DNA of 64,000 bases, from assembly GCA_965279375.1 (NCBI GenBank), contig OZ257156.1, positions 4,800,001-4,864,000 on the forward strand, read 5' to 3'. Position numbers and translations under genes: made by a program. The notes beneath the pieces are model-generated. The model did not search any database. It had not been told where the DNA came from and saw nothing but the letters and a program-made list of their open reading frames with translations. Positions 18,628 through 27,481 of this stretch are shown one piece after another; within the stretch, counting starts at the first letter, position 1, and every line of letters begins with the position of its first letter. Origin of the DNA: Gemmatimonas sp. Its GTDB lineage: Bacteria; Gemmatimonadota; Gemmatimonadetes; Gemmatimonadales; Gemmatimonadaceae.

Positions 18628-20532
18628 ATGCGCTTGTCTTCGATTCCTCGACTGCCTTTGGCAGCGGCGGGCTTTCTCGCGACGGGCGCCGTGATTGCGC
18701 TCGTTCCCGACGCCGCCGAATGGCGCGACCGGATTTGGCTTACCGGACTCGTGCTCACTGGCGTGCCGGTGTCCTGGGCAACACTGCGCGGGATGCTCAA
18801 GGGCAATTTCGCCTCTGACGTCGTGGCGATGCTGGCCATCGCCGGCGCGATCGCACTGGGACAGCCGCTGGCCGGCCTGGTCGTGGTCTTGATGCAAACC
18901 GGCGGAGAAGCGCTCGAGGCGTACGCCGTTACCCGTGCCAGCAGCGCGGTCGCCGCGCTCGAAGCGGACGCGCCGCGAATTGCGCATCGCCTGACGGGCG
19001 GGCGCGTCGCGGACATTGCTGCGACCGATATCGCACTCAACGATGAGCTTCTCGTGCGCCCCGGCGAACTCGTCCCATGCGATGGCGTGGTGGTTGCCGG
19101 AACCTCGCATCTCGATACGTCCCGACTGACGGGCGAGGCGATGCCCGTACGCGCGGTCCCGGGATCGACGCTCATGTCGGGCAGTGTGAATCAGGAAGGC
19201 GCGCTCACGATGAAGGCGCTCCGCACGTCGCAGGAAAGTCAGTACGCCAAGATCGTCGATCTCGTGCGAAGCGCGCAGGCGTCCAAGAGCCCCTTGCAGC
19301 GCACGGCCGACAAGTGGGCGGTCTGGTTCACGCCGCTGACGCTCGCCGCGTGCGCCAGCGCGTGGTTCGTGTCACACGAGTGGACGCGCGTGCTCGCGGT
19401 GTTGGTGGTGGCGACGCCCTGTCCGCTCATTCTCGCGGCGCCGGTCGCGATCATCGGCGGCATCAATCGCGCGGCGCGGCGATCGATCATCGTGCGCAAC
19501 GGCGGCGCGCTGGAGGCGCTGGCGGGGGTCACCACCGCGGTGTTCGACAAGACGGGCACGCTGACAATCGGCCAGCCGAGCATGCGCACCATTGTGAGTG
19601 ACAACGGCGTGCCGGGCGATCATCTGCTTGCACTCGCCGCCGCGGTGGAGCAAGGCTCGGGGCACCTGCTTGCGCGCGTGATCGTGCACGCGGCGACACA
19701 GCGCAACGAGGTTGCGGTGATCGCCACTGAACTGGTGGAGACGCCGGGGAGCGGTGTCGTGGGCACCGTGGAGGGCGATGTGGTGGCGGTGGGGTCCGCC
19801 GACTACGTGCGTCGCACGATGCCCGCGCTGGCTGATCGCGTCTCGACGCTGGACCGCGGTGCGGAGGGACTCCGAGCATACGTCGGTACCAAGTCGGGCG
19901 CGGTCGCGCGCATCGAGTTTGCCGACGAGCTGCGCGCCGATCTCGGCGCGTTCTTCTCGTCGCTGACGGCGCTGGGCGTCACCGATGTACAGCTGCTCTC
20001 TGGCGACAAGCCCGAGAACGTGGCCAAGGTCGCCGCTGCCGTGGGCATCAAGGAGTTTGCCGGCGATCTCTCGCCCGAGGACAAGGTCAATCGCGTACGC
20101 GCGCTCGAAGCAAGCGGCCATCGTGTGCTGATGGTGGGCGACGGCACCAACGATGCGCCAGCGCTGAGCTCCGCGACGGTTGGCGTGGCGCTCGCGGGTC
20201 ACGGCGGCGGCGTGGTCACCGAAGCGGCCGATGTGGTGCTGTTGATCGACGATCCGTCGCGCGTGGCCGAGGCCATCGAAATCGGCCGTCGCTCGCTCCG
20301 CATCGCCAAGGAAAGCATCGGCGTGGGGCTGGGACTCAGCTTCGTCGGCATGGGCATCGCCGCGAGCGGTCATCTCACGCCGATCACCGGCGCGCTGGCG
20401 CAGGAAGCGATCGACGTGGCGGTCATTCTGAATGCCCTGCGCGCGAGCTTCGATGTCGCGCGCAGGGATGGTGCAGCTGCTGTGCCGCTGGCAGCGCCGG
20501 CGGCGGCGCTGACTACGACGCGAGCTTCGTAG
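18628..20532 (+). CDS. Heavy-metal P1B-type ATPase (P1B-5-like)
   Basis: LTGE, ATPCPL, DKTGT, GDGTND, QEAID. Confidence 0.9.
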   Translation: MRLSSIPRLPLAAAGFLATGAVIALVPDAAEWRDRIWLTGLVLTGVPVSWATLRGMLKGNFASDVVAMLAIAGAIALGQPLAGLVVVLMQTGGEALEAYAVTRASSAVAALEADAPRIAHRLTGGRVADIAATDIALNDELLVRPGELVPCDGVVVAGTSHLDTSRLTGEAMPVRAVPGSTLMSGSVNQEGALTMKALRTSQESQYAKIVDLVRSAQASKSPLQRTADKWAVWFTPLTLAACASAWFVSHEWTRVLAVLVVATPCPLILAAPVAIIGGINRAARRSIIVRNGGALEALAGVTTAVFDKTGTLTIGQPSMRTIVSDNGVPGDHLLALAAAVEQGSGHLLARVIVHAATQRNEVAVIATELVETPGSGVVGTVEGDVVAVGSADYVRRTMPALADRVSTLDRGAEGLRAYVGTKSGAVARIEFADELRADLGAFFSSLTALGVTDVQLLSGDKPENVAKVAAAVGIKEFAGDLSPEDKVNRVRALEASGHRVLMVGDGTNDAPALSSATVGVALAGHGGGVVTEAADVVLLIDDPSRVAEAIEIGRRSLRIAKESIGVGLGLSFVGMGIAASGHLTPITGALAQEAIDVAVILNALRASFDVARRDGAAAVPLAAPAAALTTTRAS

Positions 20533-21736
20533 CCAGCCCTTCGGCGATCGCCACGCGATCACGACCGTTCTGCTTCGCGCGATAGAGCGCCTTGTCGGCA
20601 CGCGCGATCCACTCCTCGGCAGTCTCGTACGGGTCGAGCTGCGCGACGCCGACCGACGCGCCGATCTGGAACTCCATAGCCGGATGCGGCGACGGCATGA
20701 GGCCGATCTGCTCCTGAAGTCGGCGAGCGAGCGTCTGCGCCATCTTCCAGTCGGTGTTGTGCAGAATGGCCGAGAATTCGTCGCCGCCGTAGCGGCAGAG
20801 CACATCGGACTGCCGCAGGAACACCTTGGAGAGCGCGTGGCCGAGCGTCGCAATTGCGGCGTCACCCGCCTGATGCCCGTACATGTCGTTGACGAGCTTG
20901 AGCTTGTCGAGGTCGATCATGAGCAGCACGACCGGCTGACGGCCGAGCGAGAACATCTGCACGGCGCGCGGCGCCATCATGTCGAACAGCTTGCGGTTGC
21001 CGATGCCCGTGAGCGGATCGGTGGTGTTCTCCTTGCGCGCCTCCTCGAGCTGACGACCGAGGCGATCGAGCTTGGTGGCCAACGAGACGTATTGCTCCTG
21101 CTGCTGATCGCGACGGCTCTGCAGCGCCCCTTCGATCGCTGAGACCGCCCCGAGCACTTCCTGCTTGATCGAACCCGTCTGCATGCGCTTGAGTGCATTG
21201 CGCGCGCGTTCCATCTGCTCGGCGGCGGTGGAATCGGCCGACTGATCGATGTTGACGGCCTTGTGCACCGTCTCCACGCACGCCCAGAGCGCGTCACGAA
21301 GTTCGTTGATCGACGACTCGACGTAGCGATGTTCATCGCGCCGTTGTGCCGTAACCGTGCGAACGACGCCGTCCCAATCGCGCTCCGTCACGCCGACTGA
21401 GCCCTGTGTTACTTCCTCATCCAGCGCGTAGCCGAGTGTCGCGTGACGATGCCACGCGCCGAGCTCCCGCGAGCTTTCCTCGCCGGACTTGTCCGGCAGG
21501 TCGATCGGATAGCGTGCGAGCGCGGTGAGCACCCCGCCCAACGCATCCAGCACCAGCCCGAGCCCGACGTCATCGTTCCCGCTGGAACTGGTGATGATCG
21601 GGTTGTGCTTGGGCGACGGATGCGATGTAGTCGCACCGCCTTGGATCGAGACCAGCTGTGGAGAGCCTGAGGCGCCGACCGAGCTGCTTCGCTCGGGCGT
21701 AGGGCGCGGCTCGGACGTGAGCTTTCGAAAGAACAC
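20513..21736 (-). CDS. Diguanylate cyclase (GGDEF) with coiled-coil N-terminus
   Basis: DPLTG, NDMYGHQAGD, RQSD I-site, RYGGDEF. Confidence 0.92.
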   Translation of the reverse strand: MFFRKLTSEPRPTPERSSSVGASGSPQLVSIQGGATTSHPSPKHNPIITSSSGNDDVGLGLVLDALGGVLTALARYPIDLPDKSGEESSRELGAWHRHATLGYALDEEVTQGSVGVTERDWDGVVRTVTAQRRDEHRYVESSINELRDALWACVETVHKAVNIDQSADSTAAEQMERARNALKRMQTGSIKQEVLGAVSAIEGALQSRRDQQQEQYVSLATKLDRLGRQLEEARKENTTDPLTGIGNRKLFDMMAPRAVQMFSLGRQPVVLLMIDLDKLKLVNDMYGHQAGDAAIATLGHALSKVFLRQSDVLCRYGGDEFSAILHNTDWKMAQTLARRLQEQIGLMPSPHPAMEFQIGASVGVAQLDPYETAEEWIARADKALYRAKQNGRDRVAIAEGLATKLAS

Positions 21737-21875
21737 GGGAGTGGGGGAAGAGGGTTGCCTTTATCTTCGGCACGCATTCCCCCGGAGTTGAGTGTTGTCA
21801 CAGATTCAGCGCGTTTCGGGTGTCACAATGTGTGATCACCCGGGCGGAATCTGGGTACGAACCGCTGACTCCCGG

Positions 21876-23666
21876 TCAGAACTCCTCGGCGCTGAGAGAC
21901 ATGATCGGCGCGGAACCGCTCTGGATCGCGGCCAGCAGCGATCCCGCTTCCGGGAGCAGCCGTGCGAAATAGAAACGGGCCGTCTTGATCTTGGCCTCGA
22001 GGAAACGCGCGTCGCCGGTGCCGGCGGCCAGCTTTTCGCGCGCAACCGTCACCATGCGCAGCCACTGCCACCCGACACCCACGTAGCCCATCAGGTGCAG
22101 ATACTCCGTCGCGGCGGCCCCCGCCTCGTCCGGGTTGGCGAAGCCCCGCTCGGCCAGGAGCATCGTGGCTTTCTGCAGCTGGTAGAGCGACGCGGCGAGC
22201 GGCTTGGTGAACTCCTCGAGCGCTTCAGTGCCGTTGGCCTGATCGATGTCGGCCTTCACGATCTCGAAGAACCGGCGGACGAGTCCCCCACCCTTCATCG
22301 GGAGCTTGCGACCGACCAGATCGAGCGCCTGCACCGCGTTGGTGCCCTCGTAGATCTGGGCGATGCGCGCATCGCGGACGTACTGCTCGATGCCGTACTC
22401 CCTGATGTAGCCGTGCCCGCCGAGCGTCTGCAGCGCGATGTTGGTGTTGTCGAACCCCTTGTCCGTCAGGAACGCCTTGATGACCGGCGTCATGAGGGCG
22501 ACGATGTCCTCCGCGGCCTCGCGCGTGGCTGCATCCGGGTGGTGATGCTCCACATCGATGCGGATGCCCACCCAGTACGCGAGCGAGCGCATCCCTTCGT
22601 TGAAGGCCTTGATGCGCAGCAACCCTTTGCGCACGTCGGGGTGCACGAGGATCGGGTCGGCCGGACCGGAGGGATTCTTGGGGCCCGTGAGCGAACGTCC
22701 CTGCAAGCGCTCCTTGGCATAGGCCAGCGCGTTCTGATACGCGACCTCAGCGAGTCCCAAACCCTGCAGACCGACGGCCAACCGCGCGCCGTTCATCATG
22801 ACGAACATCGCGCGCATGCCTTTGTGCTGCTCGCCCACCATCCAGCCGGTGGCGTTGTCGAAATCCAGCACGCAGGTGGCGGAGGCCTTGATGCCCATCT
22901 TGTGCTCGATGGACCCGCAGGTGACGCCGTTGCGCGGGCCGTTCGAGCCGTCCTCGTTGGGGAGGTACTTGGGCACGAGGAACATCGAAATGCCCTTGGA
23001 GCCGCTCGGCGCGTCAGGGAGCTTGGCCAGCACCAGATGGATGATGTTGTCCGTCAGGTCGTGGTCACCGGCCGAGATGAAAATCTTCTGGCCCGTGATT
23101 TTGTAGGAGCCGTCGCCTGTCGGGATCGCCTTGGTGTTGATGATGCCCAGGTCCGTGCCGGCGTGGGCTTCGGTGAGGCACATCGTGCCGCCCCACGTGC
23201 CGTCGACGAGCTTGGGGAGGAACTTGTCCTTCTGTTCCTCCGAGCCGTGGCTCATCAACGCGCTGCAGGCGCCGTGCGAGAGGCCCGGGTACATGCTGAA
23301 GCTCAGGTTGGAGGAGCAGAGCATCTCCTCCATGACGAAGCGCACCGCCTCGGGGAGTCCCTGTCCGCCGTACTTTTTGTCGGAGACGACGGCCGTCCAG
23401 CCGTCGTTGCGGTACTGCTCGTACGCCTCCTTGAAGCCCTTGGGCGTGCGCACGATGCCGTTCTCGTAGCTGACCCCTTCGGCGTCGCCGCTCTGGTTGA
23501 TCGGGAAGAGCACGTCCTGGCAGATCGTCGCCCCGCCTTCGAGGACGGCATCGATCATGTCCGGCGTGGCGTCTTCGTAGCCCGGGAGCGCTGCAAGCTG
23601 CGACACGTCGTGCACGTCGTGCAGCAGGAACCGGATGTCGTCGAGCGGAGCCTTGTAGACGGGCAT
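21876..23666 (-). CDS. Acyl-CoA dehydrogenase (long ~600-aa type)
   Basis: MCLTEAHAGTDLG, KIFIS, EHKMGI, GGHGYI, IYEGTNAVQA. Confidence 0.93.
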   Translation of the reverse strand: MPVYKAPLDDIRFLLHDVHDVSQLAALPGYEDATPDMIDAVLEGGATICQDVLFPINQSGDAEGVSYENGIVRTPKGFKEAYEQYRNDGWTAVVSDKKYGGQGLPEAVRFVMEEMLCSSNLSFSMYPGLSHGACSALMSHGSEEQKDKFLPKLVDGTWGGTMCLTEAHAGTDLGIINTKAIPTGDGSYKITGQKIFISAGDHDLTDNIIHLVLAKLPDAPSGSKGISMFLVPKYLPNEDGSNGPRNGVTCGSIEHKMGIKASATCVLDFDNATGWMVGEQHKGMRAMFVMMNGARLAVGLQGLGLAEVAYQNALAYAKERLQGRSLTGPKNPSGPADPILVHPDVRKGLLRIKAFNEGMRSLAYWVGIRIDVEHHHPDAATREAAEDIVALMTPVIKAFLTDKGFDNTNIALQTLGGHGYIREYGIEQYVRDARIAQIYEGTNAVQALDLVGRKLPMKGGGLVRRFFEIVKADIDQANGTEALEEFTKPLAASLYQLQKATMLLAERGFANPDEAGAAATEYLHLMGYVGVGWQWLRMVTVAREKLAAGTGDARFLEAKIKTARFYFARLLPEAGSLLAAIQSGSAPIMSLSAEEF

Positions 23667-23761
23667 GGACAGCGTCCTCGGGAGCGGGCGGGAGGTGGCC
23701 GGGCAGCCGCACCGGTCACACGTCTAAATCTTGGGGTCGACGCGGCCCGTCGGCAAGACGT

Positions 23762-23783
23762 AACACGACGGTACCGTCATGTT
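23762..23783. promoter_or_regulatory. 22-bp near-perfect palindrome, candidate repressor operator
   Basis: AACAcGACGGTACCGTCaTGTT between divergent acyl-CoA dehydrogenase and sppA. Confidence 0.5.
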
Positions 23784-23957
23784 TTGAGCCACATTTGACG
23801 AGCCGGGCCGTTGGACCGTCCCCGGAGGACGACGCCGTGCTAAACTCCAGCGACGTGCGTTGCGTATGGCGGCGACGCGGTCGGTTCGCAGTGCGGCACT
23901 CGCTTGCACGGCGGCGTCCGCGAGTGGGTTTCCCGGAGTGTTCCTCGGAGCGTGTCA

Positions 23958-25862
23958 ATGAAGCAGTTCTTCACGGCGCTGGCCGCGAATCTCGTCACCA
24001 TCGCGCTGTGCGTCGTTGGCGGCATCATCCTGCTGATCGGTGTGGCCGCAGCTGCGGGACGCAGCGCACCGCCGAGCATTCGCACCGGTTCCATCCTCGT
24101 CATCGATCTCGAGCAGACGTTGTCCGACCGACCGGCCACGCCGGAGCGGCGATCGGCCCTGGATGACCTGCTCGATTCGCGTGGCGACAACACGATTCCG
24201 TTGCGCTCCGCGATGCAGGCATTGCACGCGGCCGCTGACGATGAGCGCATCAGCGGCGTACTGCTTCGCGGCAGCATTTCGGCCGACAACTACGGCTCGG
24301 GCTACGCGGCGCTGCGCGAGTTCCGTGCGGCAGTCGCGGATTTCCGCCGATCGAAGAAGCCGGTGCACGCGTTTCTGCTCAATCCATCCACACGCGACTA
24401 CTACGTCGCCTCAGCGGCGAGCGTGATCACGCTCGATCCGTTCGGATCGCTGGTGATGCCCGGCATGTCCTCTGAGCAGATCTTCTTCGCCGGCTTCCTC
24501 GAGAAATACGGCATCGGCGTACAGGTGAGCCGCGTCGGTCGCTACAAGGCAGCCGTGGAGCCGTACACGCGCAACAACATGAGCCCCGAAAACCGCCAGC
24601 AGGTGGAATCGTATCTGGGCGACATGTGGCGTGAAGTGAAACGCGGCATTGCCGAAAGTCGCGGAGTAGATACGACCGCGCTGCAGGCCGTCGTCGATTC
24701 GCAGGGGATCATTCTCGCCGCCGAGGCGAAGTCGGCCAAGCTGGTCGACCGTGTGGCCTACTTCGACGAAGTGCTGACGGACCTTCAGCGCTTGGCGCAG
24801 GTGTCCCCCACCGGTGCGGATGCCAAGGTCGAGGGCGGATCGGCGGCTGGAAGCGACTCGCGAATCAGCGAGCTGCTGGATACGCCGACCTTGCCGCAGA
24901 TCTCTCTCGACGAGTACGCGCCCATCGCGGCAGCGCGCGACCGCATTATCGGCGCGAGTCAGGCCGTGGCGATCGTGTACGCCGAGGGCGACATCGTGGA
25001 CGGGCTGGGTGGCAGCGGACAGATCGGCGGCGATGGACTGGCCAAGGAGCTCCGTCGCATTCGCGGCGATTCCAAGGTGAAGGCGCTCGTTCTGCGAGTG
25101 AACAGCCCCGGCGGCAGCGCGGTCGCGTCCGAGCGCATTCAGCGCGAGCTCGCGTTGTTCGGCAAGACGAAGCCGGTGGTGGTCTCGATGGGCACGGTTG
25201 CGGCGAGCGGCGGCTACTGGATTTCGACGGCGGCCACGCGCGTGTTCGCCGAGCCGAACACGATCACCGGTTCGATCGGTGTGTTCTCGCTCGTGCCCAA
25301 CATCGCCGGACTGGCGAAGAACCAGGGAATCACCTTCGACATGGTGAAGACGGGCAAGTACGCCGACATCTTCTCGCTCGCGCGTCCGCGCACGGCGGAC
25401 GAAATGGCCGTGCTGCAGCGGCAGACCGATGCGATCTATGGTGCGTTCATCGATCGGGTGGCCTCAGCTCGCAAGCTCACGCCGGACTCGGTGCGAGTGA
25501 TCGCCGAGGGGCGGGTGTGGTCGGGGAGCGAGGCGATTCGGATTGGCCTCGTGGACTCGATCGGCGGATTGGACGCGGCCGTGAAGAGCGCGGCCTCGAT
25601 GGCCAAGATCACCGGCGACTACGAAGTGCGGGAATATCCGCGACAGAAGTCGTCCACCGAGATGTTGTCGGAGTATCTCGAGCGTCGCTCCGAGCCGGTC
25701 GCCAACCTGACGAGCACCAAGGTGGCCGAGGGACTGTTGGCCGGCACTGATCAAGTGCACGTGCTGGCGCGTGATCTCGCGCGCGAACTGCGCGTGCTGA
25801 CCTCGTACAACGACCCGCGCGGCACATACGCGCGACTGCCCTTCCTGCTGCGGGTGCGATAG
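23958..25862 (+). CDS. sppA: Signal peptide peptidase SppA (67K type)
   Basis: GRYKAAVE, RVNSPGGS, AASGGY, TGSIGV, EGRVWSG. Confidence 0.93.
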   Translation: MKQFFTALAANLVTIALCVVGGIILLIGVAAAAGRSAPPSIRTGSILVIDLEQTLSDRPATPERRSALDDLLDSRGDNTIPLRSAMQALHAAADDERISGVLLRGSISADNYGSGYAALREFRAAVADFRRSKKPVHAFLLNPSTRDYYVASAASVITLDPFGSLVMPGMSSEQIFFAGFLEKYGIGVQVSRVGRYKAAVEPYTRNNMSPENRQQVESYLGDMWREVKRGIAESRGVDTTALQAVVDSQGIILAAEAKSAKLVDRVAYFDEVLTDLQRLAQVSPTGADAKVEGGSAAGSDSRISELLDTPTLPQISLDEYAPIAAARDRIIGASQAVAIVYAEGDIVDGLGGSGQIGGDGLAKELRRIRGDSKVKALVLRVNSPGGSAVASERIQRELALFGKTKPVVVSMGTVAASGGYWISTAATRVFAEPNTITGSIGVFSLVPNIAGLAKNQGITFDMVKTGKYADIFSLARPRTADEMAVLQRQTDAIYGAFIDRVASARKLTPDSVRVIAEGRVWSGSEAIRIGLVDSIGGLDAAVKSAASMAKITGDYEVREYPRQKSSTEMLSEYLERRSEPVANLTSTKVAEGLLAGTDQVHVLARDLARELRVLTSYNDPRGTYARLPFLLRVR

Positions 25863-25963
25863 CGCAGGCACATGCGGCTGGTATAGCGCGCGACACCGTA
25901 CGATGTCAAACGAGCCAGTGCATCCGTGAGGACGCACTGGCTCGTGTCGTACAGCCGATGCGT

Positions 25964-26311
25964 TCAGCTCGCGAACGGCGACGTCTTGGGGGCGGTCGGC
26001 GTGCGCTTGCGTGCGGCCTCGAGACGGCCGGCCTGTGCTTCCCACACGGCGAGATCAGCCTTGGCGGCGGCGAGATTGCTTTCGGCGCGCGCGATGCAAT
26101 TCGTCGCGCCACGCGTGGTCACGTCGGCGAGCGCCCACTGGCTCACCTGCACGCGCGAACGCGCTTCGCGCAGCCGCGTGACGCAGCGTTCGGCGTGATA
26201 GCCGCTCCACATCGCCACCGGGCGGTTGTCGTCGAAGCCGTACAAGCCCCAAATGCCATCGTGATCGTTGACGGCGGTCACGATGATGCTGTCGATGTCG
26301 GTCTGGCTCAT
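25964..26311 (-). CDS. Hypothetical protein
   Basis: 115-aa ORF with plausible codon usage in an otherwise empty interval; no family recognised. Confidence 0.55.
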   Translation of the reverse strand: MSQTDIDSIIVTAVNDHDGIWGLYGFDDNRPVAMWSGYHAERCVTRLREARSRVQVSQWALADVTTRGATNCIARAESNLAAAKADLAVWEAQAGRLEAARKRTPTAPKTSPFAS

Positions 26312-26371
26312 TGCTGATCTCGCACGAAAGAGAAAGAGTCCACACAGGGTGACGTCGCTAATATACGTCAA

Positions 26372-27454
26372 ATGACGTCATCACTTCTCTTGTGCCCACG
26401 CGTAGCGCCCTCAGTGCGCCACGTCCGATCCTTGGCGACCATCTGCCTGCTGGCGACGGCGCTCACCTCCCTGGCGGCTGCTCAGTCCGCGCCGCAGGCA
26501 AAGCCCGCAAAGCAATCGAAGCCGAGCGCACAAAAGCCGGCGAAGAAGACATCCGCCAGCGCGAAGGATTCCACCCACGCGTATCCGGTGAACGGCACCT
26601 CGGCCGCGTCGCGCGCGCTGGCGGGAAAGCCTGCGCCCACGTGGCCCGTGCCGGGTCCCAAGCCGCTCGCGGGGAGCATTCTTCCCGAGCAGCGCATCGT
26701 GGCGTACTACGGCAATCCGTTTTCCAAGCGCATGGGCGTGCTGGGCGAGTATCCCAAGGAGGAGATGCTATCGCGTCTCGATCGCGAAGTGGCGGCATGG
26801 CGGAAGGCCGACCCGTCGACTCCGGTGAAGCCCGCGCTACACCTGATCGCCGTGGTGGCGCAGGGCGACAGCGGCAAGGACGGTCGTTATCGCCTGCGGC
26901 ACAGCGATGCGCTGCTGCAAAAGGTGCATGGATGGGCGCGCGAGAAGAATGCGCTGCTCTTCCTCGACGTGCAGGTCGGTCACTCGACCATTCAGGACGA
27001 ACTCCCACGGCTCGAGTCGTTTCTCTCGCAGCCGGATGTGCACTTTGGCATGGATCCGGAGTTCGCCATGCACAACGGCGTCAAACCGGGCAAGAAGATC
27101 GGCAGCTATGACGCCGCCGACGTGAACTGGACCATCGATTGGCTCGCCAAGCTGGTCACCGCCAAGGGACTGCCGCCCAAGATTCTCGTGATCCATCGCT
27201 TCACTCGGCCGATGCTCACCAACGCGTCGAAGATCAAGCTGGATCCGCGCGTGCAGGTGGTGATCGACATGGATGGCTGGGGCCCGCCGAGTCTCAAGCG
27301 CGACTCCTACGCCGCATACGTGTACGCGGAACCGGTGCAGTTCACCGGCTTCAAGCTGTTTTACAAGAACGACATCCGAAAAGGCTCGAAGATGATGACG
27401 ATTGCGGACGTGCTGCGCCTGACGCCGCGCCCGCTCTATATCCAGTATCAGTAG
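26372..27454 (+). CDS. Secreted hypothetical protein, possible TIM-barrel/glycoside-hydrolase-like
   Basis: Signal peptide and Lys/Pro-rich linker; conserved-looking YYGNP..MGVLG, LFLDVQ, GMDPEF, DMDGWG, GFKLFY. Start uncertain. Confidence 0.7.
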   Translation: MTSSLLLCPRVAPSVRHVRSLATICLLATALTSLAAAQSAPQAKPAKQSKPSAQKPAKKTSASAKDSTHAYPVNGTSAASRALAGKPAPTWPVPGPKPLAGSILPEQRIVAYYGNPFSKRMGVLGEYPKEEMLSRLDREVAAWRKADPSTPVKPALHLIAVVAQGDSGKDGRYRLRHSDALLQKVHGWAREKNALLFLDVQVGHSTIQDELPRLESFLSQPDVHFGMDPEFAMHNGVKPGKKIGSYDAADVNWTIDWLAKLVTAKGLPPKILVIHRFTRPMLTNASKIKLDPRVQVVIDMDGWGPPSLKRDSYAAYVYAEPVQFTGFKLFYKNDIRKGSKMMTIADVLRLTPRPLYIQYQ

Positions 27455-27481
27455 GCATCCTGCTCGAGCGCCTGCGTGTGT

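Noticed and set aside
18586..19110. N-terminal extension of the histidine kinase in the ORF track
   Set aside because: Overlaps the P-type ATPase on the other strand; the recognisable PAS begins after Met at 18585.
26349..26382. TGACGT/ACGTCA repeats between divergent hypothetical genes
   Set aside because: Six-base motifs only, overlapping uncertain start codons; no support for a specific regulator.
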